Made by a program: the position numbers and the translations under genes
Shown: positions 54,146 through 64,000 of the stretch, piece by piece
How positions within the stretch are numbered: the first letter of the stretch is position 1
Layout of the letters: each line of letters begins with the position of its first letter
Notes under the pieces: model-generated
Told to the model about the DNA's origin: nothing
Seen by the model: the letters and a program-made list of their open reading frames with translations, nothing else
Database searches by the model: none
Assembly: GCA_964016885.1 (NCBI GenBank)
Contig: OZ024758.1
Location: 37,882,001-37,946,000, forward strand
Direction of reading: 5' to 3'
DNA length: 64,000 bases
DNA from: Eledone cirrhosa
Taxonomy: Eukaryota

Positions 54146-55750
54146 TCAGAAGGAACTCCAATGTTGGTGAGAATTCATTTAAGTCATGGTACTAGCTGTC
54201 AGAAGTAACTCCACTGTTGGTGAGAATTCATTTAAGTTCATGGTATTAGCTGTCAGAAGGAACGCCACTGTTGGTGAGAATTCATTTAAGTTCATGGTAT
54301 TAGCTGTCAGAAGTAACTCCACTGTTGGTAAGAATTCATTTAAGTTCATGGTATTAGCTGTCAGAAGTAACTCCACTGTTGGTGAGAATTCATTTAAGTT
54401 CATGGTATTAGCTGTCAGAAGGAACGCCACTGTTGGTGAGAATTCATTTAAGTTCATGGTATTAGCTGTCAGAAGTAACTCCACTGTTGGTGAGAATTCA
54501 TTTAAGTTCATGGTACTAGCTGTCAGAAGTAACTCCACTGTTGGTGAGAATTCATTTAAGTTCATGGTATTAGCTGTCAGAAGTAACTCCACTGTTGGTG
54601 AGAATTCATTTAAGTTCATGGTATTAGCTGTCAGAAGTAACTCCACTGTTGGTGAGAATTCATTTAAGTTCATGGTATTAGCTGTCAGAAGGAACTCCAA
54701 TGTTGGTGAGAATTCATTTAAGTCATGGTACTAGCTGTCAGAAGTAACTCCACTGTTGGTGAGAATTCATTTAAGTTCATGGTATTAGCTGTCAGAAGGA
54801 ACGCCACTGTTGGTGAGAATTCATTTAAATTCATGGTATTAGCTGTCAGAAGTAACTCCACTGTTGGTGAGAATTCATTTAAGTTCATGGTACTAGCTGT
54901 CAGAAGTAACTCCAATGTTGGTGAGAATTCATTTAAGTTCATGGTATTAGCTGTCAGAAGGAACTCCAATGTTGGTGAGAATTCATTTAAGTCATGGTAC
55001 TAGCTGTCAGAAGTAACTCCACTGTTGGTGAGAATTCATTTAAATTCATGGTATTAGCTGTCAGAAGGAACGCCACTGTTGGTGAGAATTCATTTAAGTT
55101 CATGGTATTAGCTGTCAGAAGTAACTCCACTGTTGGTAAGAATTCATTTAAGTTCATGGTATTAGCTGTCAGAAGTAACTCCACTGTTGGTGAGAATTCA
55201 TTTAAGTTCATGGTATTAGCTGTCAGAAGGAACGCCACTGTAGGTGAGAATTCATTTAAGTTCATGGTATTAGCTGTCAGAAGTAACTCCACTGTTGGTG
55301 AGAATTCATTTAAGTTCATGGTACTAGCTGTCAGAAGTAACTCCACTGTTGGTGAGAATTCATTTAAGTTCATGGTATTAGCTGTCAGAAGTAACTCCAC
55401 TGTTGGTGAGAATTCATTTAAGTTCATGGTATTAGCTGTCAGAAGTAAAACTCCACTGTTGGTGAGAATTCATTTAAGTTCATGGTATTAGCTGTCAGAA
55501 GGAACTCCAATGTTGGTGAGAATTCATTTAAGTCATGGTACTAGCTGTCAGAAGTAACTCCACTGTTGGTGAGAATTCATTTAAGTTCATGGTATTAGCT
55601 GTCAGAAGGAACGCCACTGTTGGTGAGAATTCATTTAAATTCATGGTATTAGCTGTCAGAAGTAACTCCACTGTTGGTGAGAATTCATTTAAGTTCATGG
55701 TACTAGCTGTCAGAAGTAACTCCAATGTTGGTGAGAATTCATTTAAGTTC
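54130..55750. repeat. Tandem duplication of a 15-monomer unit (808 bp)
   Basis: Offset 54186->54994 = 808 and 54725->55535 = 810 (after a 2-bp insertion at about 55449). The monomer-type order is the same in both copies. Confidence 0.8.
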
Positions 55751-56344
55751 ATGGTATTAGCTGTCAGAAGGAATTCCACTGTTGCTGAGAATTCATTTAA
55801 GTTCATGGTATTAGCTGTCAGAAGTAACTCCACTGTTGGTGAGAATTCATTTAAGTTCATGGTACTAGCTGTCAGAAGTAACTCCACTGTTGGTGAGAAT
55901 TCATTTAAGTTCATGGTATTAGCTGTCAGAAGTCACTCCAATGTTGGTGAGAATTCATTTAAGTTCATGGTATTAGCTGTCAGAAGTCACTCCACTGTTG
56001 GTGAGAATTCATTTAAGTTCATGGTACTAGCTGTCAGAAGTAACCCCAATGTTGGTGAGAATTCATTTAAGTTCATGGTATTAGCTGTCAGAAGTCACTC
56101 CAATGTTGGTGAGAATTCATTTAAGTTCATGGTATTAGCTGTCAGAAGTAACTCCACTGTTGGTGAGAATTCATTTAAGATCATGGTATTAGTTTGTCAG
56201 AAGTAACTCCACTGTTGGTGAGAATTCATTTAAGTTCATGGTATTAGCTTTCAGAAGGAACTCCACTGTTGGTGAGAATTCATTTAAGTTCATGTTATTA
56301 GCTGTCAGAAGGAACTCCAATGTTGGTGAGAATTCATTTAAGTC

Positions 56345-59300
56345 ATGGTACTAGCTGTCAGATGTAACTCCACTGTTGGTGAGAATTCATTTAAGTTCAT
56401 GGTATTAGCTGTCAGAAGGAACGCCACTGTTGGTGAGAATTCATTTAAGTTCATGGTATTAGCTGTCAGAAGTAACTCCACTGTTGGTGAGAATTCATTT
56501 AAGTTTATGGTACTAGCTGACAGAAGTAACTCCAATGTTGGTGAGAATTCATTTAAGTTCATGGTATTAGCTGTCAGAAGTAACTCCACTGTTGGTGAGA
56601 ATTCATTTAAGTCATGGTATTAGCTGTCAGAAGTAACTCCATTGTTGGTGAGAATTCATTTAAGTCATGGTACTAGCTGTCAGAAGTAACTCCAATGTTG
56701 GTGAGAATTCATTTAAGTCATGGTACTAGCTGTCAGAAGTAACTCCAATGTTGGTGAGAATTCATTTAAGTTCATGTTATTAGCTGTCAGAAGGAACTCC
56801 ACTGTTGGTGAGAATACATTTAAGTTCATGGTACTAGCTGTCAGAGGTAACCCCAATGTTGGTGAGAATTCATTTAAGTTCATGGTATTAGCTGTCAGAA
56901 GTCACTCCAATGTTGGTGAGAATTCATTTAAGTTCATGGTATTAGCTGTCAGAAGTAACTCCACTGTTGGTAAGAATTCATTTAAGTTCATGGTATTAGC
57001 TGTCAGAAGTAACTCCACTGTTGGTGAGAATTCATTTAAGTTAATGGTATTAGCTGTCAGAAGGAACGCCACTGTTGGTGAGAATTCATTTAAGTTCATG
57101 GTATTAGCTGTCAGAAGTAACTCCACTGTTGGTGAGAATTCATTTACGTTCATGGTACTAGCTGTCAGAAGTAATTCCAATGTTGGTGAGAATTCATTTA
57201 AGTTCATGGTATTAGCTGTCAGAAGGAACTCCACTGTTGGTGAGAATTCATTTAAGTTCATGGTATTAGCTGTCAGAAGGAACTCCAATGTTGGTGAGAA
57301 TTCATTTAAGTCATGGTACTAGCTGTCAGAAGTAACTCCACTGTTGGTGAGAATTCGTTTAAGTTCATGGTATTAGCTGTCAGAAGGAACGCCACTGTTG
57401 GTGAGAATTCATTTAAGTTCATGGTATTAGCTGTCAGAAGTAACTCCACTGTTGGTGAGAATTCATTTAAGTTCATGGTACTAGCTGTCAGAAGTAACTC
57501 CAATGTTGGTGAGAATTCATTTAAGTTCATGGTATTAGCTGTCAGAAGGAACTCCACTGTTGGTGAGAATTCATTTAAGTTCATGGTATTAGCTGTCAGA
57601 AGTAACTCCACTGTTGGTGAGAATTCATTTAAGTCATGGTATTAGCTGTCAGAAGTAACTCCATTGTTGGTGAGAATTCATTTAAGTCATGGTACTAGCT
57701 GTCAGAAGTAACTCCAATGTTGGTGAGAATTCATTTAAGTCATGGTACTAGCTGTCAGAAGTAACTCCAATGTTGGTGAGAATTCATTTAAGTTCATGTT
57801 ATTAGCTGTCAGAAGGAACTCCACTGTTGGTGAGAATACATTTAAGTTCATGGTACTAGCTGTCAGAAGTAACCCCAATGTTGGTGAGAATTCATTTAAG
57901 TTCATGGTATTAGCTGTCAGAAGTCACTCCAATGTTGGTGAGAATTCATTTAAGTTCATGGTATTAGCTGTCAGAAGTAACTCCACTGTTGCTGAGAATT
58001 CATTTAAGTTCATGGTATTAGCTGTCAGAAGGAACTCCACTGTTGCTGAGAATTCATTTAAGTTCATGGTATTAGCTGTCAGAAGTAACTCCACTGTTGG
58101 TGAGAATTCATTTAAGTTCATGGTACTAGCTGTCAGAAGTAACTCCACTGTTGGTTAGAATTCATTTAAGTTCATGGTATTAGCTGTCAGAAGTCACTCC
58201 AATGTTGGTGAGAATTCATTTAAGTTCATGGTATTAGCTGTCAGAAGTCACTCCACTGTTGGTGAGAATTCATTTAAGTTCATGGTACTAGCTGTCAGAA
58301 GTAACCCCAATGTTGGTGAGAATTCATTTAAGTTCATGGTATTAGCTGTCAGAAGTCACTCCAATGTTGGCGAGAATTCATTTAAGTTCATGGTATTAGC
58401 TGTCAGAAGTAACTCCACTGTTGGTGAGAATTCATTTAAGTTCATGGTATTAGCTGTCAGAAGTAACTCCACTGTTGGTGAGAATTCATTTAAGTCATGG
58501 TATTAGCTGTCAGAAGTAACTCCAATGTTGGTGAGAATTCATTTAAGTTCATGGTATTAGCTGTCAGAAGTCACTCCAATGTTGGCGAGAATTCATTTAA
58601 GTTCATGGTATTAGCTGTCAGAAGTAACTCCACTGTTGGTGAGAATTCATTTAAGTTCATGGTACTAGCTGTCAGAAGTAACTCCACTGTTGGTGAGAAT
58701 TCATTTAAGTTCATGGTATTAGCTGTCAGAAGTCACTCCAATGTTGGTGAGAATTCATTTAAGTTCATGGTATTAGCTGTCAGAAGTCACTCCACTGTTG
58801 GTGAGAATTCATTTAAGTTCATGGTACTAGCTGTCAGAAGTAACCCCAATGTTGGTGAGAATTCATTTAAGTTCATGGTATTAGCTGTCAGAAGTCACTC
58901 CACTGTTGGTGAGAATTCATTTAAGTTCATGGTATTAGTTTGTCAGAAGTAACTCCACTGTTGGTGAGAATTCATTTAAGTCATGGTATTAGTTGTCAGA
59001 AGTAACTCCAATGTTGGTGAGAATTCATTTAAGTTCATGGTATTAGCTTTCAGAAGGAACTCCACTGTTGGTGAGAATTCATTTAAGTTCATGTTATTAG
59101 CTGTCAGAAGGAACTCCAATGTTGGTGAGAATTCATTTAAGTCATGGTACTAGCTGTCAGATGTAACTCCACTGTTGGTGAGAATTCATTTAAGTTCATG
59201 GTATTAGCTGTCAGAAGGAACGCCACTGTTGGTGAGAATTCATTTAAGTTCATGGTATTAGCTGTCAGAAGTAACTCCACTGTTGGTGAGAATTCATTTA

Positions 59301-62300
59301 AGTTCATGGTACTAGCTGACAGAAGTAACTCCAATGTTGGTGAGAATTCATTTAAGTTCATGGTATTAGCTGTCAGAAGGAACTCCACTGTTGGTGAGAA
59401 TTCATTTAAGTTCATGGTATTAGCTGTCAGAAGTAACTCCACTGTTGGTGAGAATTCATTTAAGTCATGGTATTAGCTGTCAGAAGTAACTCCATTGTTG
59501 GTGAGAATTCATTTAAGTCATGGTACTAGCTGTCAGAAGTAACTCCAATGTTGGTGAGAATTCATTTAAGTCATGGTACTAGCTGTCAGAAGTAACTCCA
59601 ATGTTGGTGAGAATTCATTTAAGTTCATGTTATTAGCTGTCAGAAGGAACTCCACTGTTGGTGAGAATACATTTAAGTTCATGGTACTAGCTGTCAGAAG
59701 TAACCCCAATGTTGGTGAGAATTCATTTAAGTTCACGGTATTAGCTGTCAGAAGTCACTCCAATGTTGGTGAGAATTCATTTAAGTTCATGGTATTAGCT
59801 GTCAGAAGTAACTCCACTGTTGGTAAGAATTCATTTAAGTTCATGGTATTAGCTGTCAGAAGTAACTCCACTGTTGGTGAGAATTCATTTAAGTTCATGG
59901 TATTAGCTGTCAGAAGGAACGCCACTGTTGGTGAGAATTCATTTAAGTTCATGGTATTAGCTGTCAGAAGTAACTCCACTGTTGGTGAGAATTCATTTAC
60001 GTTCATGGTACTAGCTGTCAGAAGTAATTCCAATGTTGGTGAGAATTCATTTAAGTTCATGGTATTAGCTGTCAGAAGGAACTCCACTGTTGGTGAGAAT
60101 TCATTTAAGTTCATGGTATTAGCTGTCAGAAGGAACTCCAATGTTGGTGAGAATTCATTTAAGTCATGGTACTAGCTGTCAGAAGTAACTCCACTGTTGG
60201 TGAGAATTCATTTAAGTTCATGGTATTAGCTGTCAGAAGGAACGCCACTGTTGGTGAGAATTCATTTAAGTTCATGGTATTAGCTGTCAGAAGTAACTCC
60301 ACTGTTGGTGAGAATTCATTTAAGTTCATGGTACTAGCTGTCAGAAGTAACTCCAATGTTGGTGAGAATTCATTTAAGTTCATGGTATTAGCTGTCAGAA
60401 GGAACTCCACTGTTGGTGAGAATTCATTTAAGTTCATGGTATTAGCTGTCAGAAGTAACTCTACTGTTGGTGAGAATTCATTTAAGTCATGGTATTAGCT
60501 GTCAGAAGTAACTCCATTGTTGGTGAGAATTCATTTAAGTCATGGTACTAGCTGTCAGAAGTAACTCCAATGTTGGTGAGAATTCATTTAAGTCATGGTA
60601 CTAGCTGTCAGAAGTAACTCCAATGTTGGTGAGAATTCATTTAAGTTCATGTTATTAGCTGTCAGAAGGAACTCCACTGTTGGTGAGAATACATTTAAGT
60701 TCATGGTACTAGCTGTCAGAAGTAACCCCAATGTTGGTGAGAATTCATTTAAGTTCATGGTATTAGCTGTCAGAAGTCACTCCAATGTTGGTGAGAATTC
60801 ATTTAAGTTCATGGTATTAGCTGTCAGAAGTAACTCCACTGTTGGTAAGAATTCATTTAAGTTCATGGTATTAGCTCTCAGAAGTAACTCCACTGTTGGT
60901 GAGAATTCATTTAAGTTCATGGTATTAGCTGTCAGAAGGAACGCCACTGTTGGTGAGAATTCATTTAAGTTCATGGTATTAGCTGTCAGAAGTAACTCCA
61001 CTGTTGGTGAGAATTCATTTAAGTTCATGGTACTAGCTGTCAGAAGTAACTCCAATGTTGGTGAGAATTCATTTAAGTTCATGGTATTAGCTGTCAGAAG
61101 TCACTCCAATGTTGGTGAGAATTCATTTAAGTTCATGGTATTAGCTGTCAGAAGTCACTCCACTGTTGGTGAGAATTCATTTAAGTTCATGGTACTAGCT
61201 GTCAGAAGTAACCCCAATATTGGTGAGAATTCATTTAAGTTCATGGTATTAGCTGTCAGAAGTCACTCCAATGTTGGCGAGAATTCATTTAAGTTCATGG
61301 TATTAGCTGTCAGAAGTAACTCCACTGTTGGTGAGAATTCATTTAAGTTCATGGTATTAGCTGTCAGAAGTAACTCCACTGTTGGTGAGAATTCATTTAA
61401 GTCATGGTATTAGCTGTCAGAAGTAACTCCAATGTTGGTGAGAATTCATTTAAGTTCATGGTATTAGCTGTCAGAAGTCACTCCACTGTTGGTGAGAATT
61501 CATTTAAGTTCATGGTACTAGCTGTCAGAAGTAACCCAAATGTTGGTGAGAATTCATTTAAGTTCATGGTATTAGCTGTCAGAAGTCACTCCAATGTTGG
61601 TGAGAATTCATTTAAGTTCATGGTATTAGCTGTCAGAAGTAACTCCACTGTTGGTGAGAATTCATTTAAGTTCATGGTATTAGCTGTCAGAAGTAACTCC
61701 ACTGTTGGTGAGAATTCATTTAAGTTCATGGTATTAGCTGTCAGAAGTAACTCCACTGTTGGTGAGAATTCATTTAAGTTCATGGTATTAGCTGTCAGAA
61801 GGAACTCCAATGTTGGTGAGAATTCATTTAAGTCATGGTACTAGCTGTCAGAAGTAACTCCACTGTTGGTGAGAATTCATTTAAGTTCATGGTATTAGCT
61901 GTCAGAAGGAACGCCACTGTTGGTGAGAATTCATTTAAGTTCATGGTATTAGCTGTCAGAAGTAACTCCTCTGTTGGTGAGAATTCATTTAAGTTCATGG
62001 TACTAGCTGTCAGAAGTAACTCCAATGTTGGTGAGAATTCATTTAAGTTCATGGTATTAGCTGTCAGAAGGAACTCCACTGTTGCTGAGAATTCATTTAA
62101 GTTCATGGTATTAGCTGTCAGAAGTAACTCCACTGTTGGTGAGAATTCATTTAAGTTCATGGTACTAGCTGTCAGAAGTAACTCCACTGTTGGTGAGAAT
62201 TCATTTAAGTTCATGGTATTAGCTGTCAGAAGTCACTCCAATGTTGGTGAGAATTCATTTAAGTTCATGGTATTAGCTGTCAGAAGTCACTCCACTGTTG

Positions 62301-64000
62301 GTGAGAATTCATTTAAGTTCATGGTACTAGCTGTCAGAAGTAACCCCAATGTTGGTGAGAATTCATTTAAGTTCATGGTATTAGCTGTCAGAAGTCACTC
62401 CAATGTTGGTGAGAATTCATTTAAGTTCATGGTATTAGCTGTCAGAAGTAACTCCACTGTTGGTGAGAATTCATTTAAGTTCATGGTACTAGCTGACAGA
62501 AGTAACTCCAATGTTGGTGAGAATTCATTTAAGTTCATGGTATTAGCTGTCAGAAGGAACTCCACTGTTGGTGAGAATTCATTTAAGTTCATGGTATTAG
62601 CTGTCAGAAGTAACTCCACTGTTGGTGAGAATTCATTTAAGTCATGGTATTAGCTGTCAGAAGTAACTCCATTGTTGGTGAGAATTCATTTAAGTCATGG
62701 TACTAGCTGTCAGAAGTAACTCCAATGTTGGTGAGAATTCATTTAAGTCATGGTACTAGCTGTCAGAAGTAACTCCAATGTTGGTGAGAATTCATTTAAG
62801 TTCATGTTATTAGCTGTCAGAAGGAACTCCACTGTTGGTGAGAATACATTTAAGTTCATGGTACTAGCTGTCAGAAGTAACCCCAATGTTGGTGAGAATT
62901 CATTTAAGTTCATGGTATTAGCTGTCAGAAGTCACTCCAATGTTGGTGAGAATTCATTTAAGTTCATGGTATTAGCTGTCAGAAGTAACTCCACTGTTGG
63001 TAAGAATTCATTTAAGTTCATGGTATTAGCTGTCAGAAGTAACTCCACTGTTGGTGAGAATTCATTTAAGTTCATGGTATTAGCTGTCAGAAGGAACGCC
63101 ACTGTTGGTGAGAATTCATTTAAGTTCATGGTATTAGCTGTCAGAAGTAACTCCACTGTTGGTGAGAATTCATTTACGTTCATGGTACTAGCTGTCAGAA
63201 GTAATTCCAATGTTGGTGAGAATTCATTTAAGTTCATGGTATTAGCTGTCAGAAGGAACTCCACTGTTGGTGAGAATTCATTTAAGTTCATGGTATTAGC
63301 TGTCAGAAGGAACTCCAATGTTGGTGAGAATTCATTTAGGTCATGGTACTAGCTGTCAGAAGTAACTCCACTGTTGGTGAGAATTCATTTAAGTTCATGG
63401 TATTAGCTGTCAGAAGGAACGCCACTGTTGGTGAGAATTCATTTAAGTTCATGGTATTAGCTGTCAGAAGTAACTCCACTGTTGGTGAGAATTCATTTAA
63501 GTTCATGGTACTAGCTGTCAGAAGTAACTCCAATGTTGGTGAGAATTCATTTAAGTTCATGGTATTAGCTGTCAGAAGGAACTCCACTGTTGGTGAGAAT
63601 TCATTTAAGTTCATGGTATTAGCTGTCAGAAGTAACTCCACTGTTGGTGAGAATTCATTTAAGTCATGGTATTAGCTGTCAGAAGTAACTCCATTGTTGG
63701 TGAGAATTCATTTAAGTCATGGTACTAGCTGTCAGAAGTAACTCCAATGTTGGTGAGAATTCATTTAAGTCATGGTACTAGCTGTCAGAAGTAACTCCAA
63801 TGTTGGTGAGAATTCATTTAAGTTCATGTTATTAGCTGTCAGAAGGAACTCCACTGTTGGTGAGAATACATTTAAGTTCATGGTACTAGCTGTCAGAAGT
63901 AACCCCAATGTTGGTGAGAATTCATTTAAGTTCATGGTATTAGCTGTCAGAAGTCACTCCAATGTTGGTGAGAATTCATTTAAGTTCATGGTATTAGCTG
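56345..64000. repeat. Three related higher-order blocks (offsets 2853 and 3177 bp), each with an internal 1022-bp (19-monomer) sub-period bounded by triplets of 53-bp monomers
   Basis: Equivalent 200-codon segments start at 56720, 59573 and 62750. Offsets 56720->57742, 59573->60595 and 62750->63772 are all 1022. Confidence 0.85.

Larger units (their letters stand above)
1..64000. repeat. 54-bp tandem satellite array, about 1,185 head-to-tail monomers, running off both window ends
   Basis: The consensus ATGGTATTAGCTGTCAGAAGTAACTCCACTGTTGGTGAGAATTCATTTAAGTTC recurs every 54 bp (53, 55 or 56 bp in indel variants) from base 1 to 64000. Most monomers differ from consensus at 0-3 positions. I saw no non-repeat sequence and no inversion. 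Confidence 0.99.

Noticed and set aside
178-63641. Minus-strand ORFs (MNLNEFSPTVELLLTANT repeats)
   Set aside because: These are antisense readings of the same monomer, ended by the very common TCAC variant (TGA on the minus strand) or by indels.
50-63675. All + strand ORFs (MVLAVRS... repeats) as real CDSs
   Set aside because: They are translations of the 54-bp monomer. Their ends are set by recurrent indels and stops, they have no unique domains or termini, and disruptive variants are amplified.
1-64000. CRISPR array, DGR-like or other variable-cassette system
   Set aside because: There are no unique spacers. The variable box has only a few alleles, inherited in duplicated blocks, and no cas, reverse transcriptase or recombinase gene is present.
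1-64000. Telomeric repeat or G-quadruplex array
   Set aside because: It has only isolated GG dinucleotides and TTAG/TTGG fragments, and the unit is much longer than typical telomerase repeats. A subtelomeric location cannot be excluded from sequence alone.
1-64000. Pure sequencing artefact such as a rolling-circle or concatemer read
   Set aside because: Variants are shared between blocks at exact offsets in nested patterns, unlike random error on one template. Individual perfect duplications could still be misassemblies.
1-64000. Assignment to a named satellite family, a taxon or a CENP-B box
   Set aside because: I do not recognise the monomer, and the consensus lacks the CpG-containing TTCG...CGGG core of a CENP-B box. 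A database search is needed.

Overview
The whole 64 kb window is one uninterrupted head-to-tail tandem array of a 54-bp monomer, consensus ATGGTATTAGCTGTCAGAAGTAACTCCACTGTTGGTGAGAATTCATTTAAGTTC (about 37% GC, one EcoRI site per unit, about 1,185 copies, single orientation). It is most simply read as satellite DNA, probably eukaryotic; I cannot assign a taxon or a named family. I see no genes, RNA genes, transposons, CRISPR spacers or unique sequence. Every ORF in the track is a translation of the monomer, which is 18 codons long and stop-free in one frame on each strand. Frameshift and stop variants have been copied freely through the array, which argues against coding. The informative signal is in the variants. 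A small alphabet of monomer types forms recurring 'words', and these sit in nested, irregular higher-order duplications with offsets of 808, 864/918, 1022, 1728, 2156/1887, 2209, 2425, 2535, 3293, 3935 and 4043 bp, plus long-range copies 7-17 kb apart. There is also a landmark +1/-1 monomer cassette (16 copies), a left-to-right increase in 53-bp monomers, and signs of short-tract conversion. I found no support for a new gene-based system; the interest lies in array architecture and evolution. Duplication boundaries are approximate (about one monomer) and were read by eye from shared variants and ORF-track offsets.
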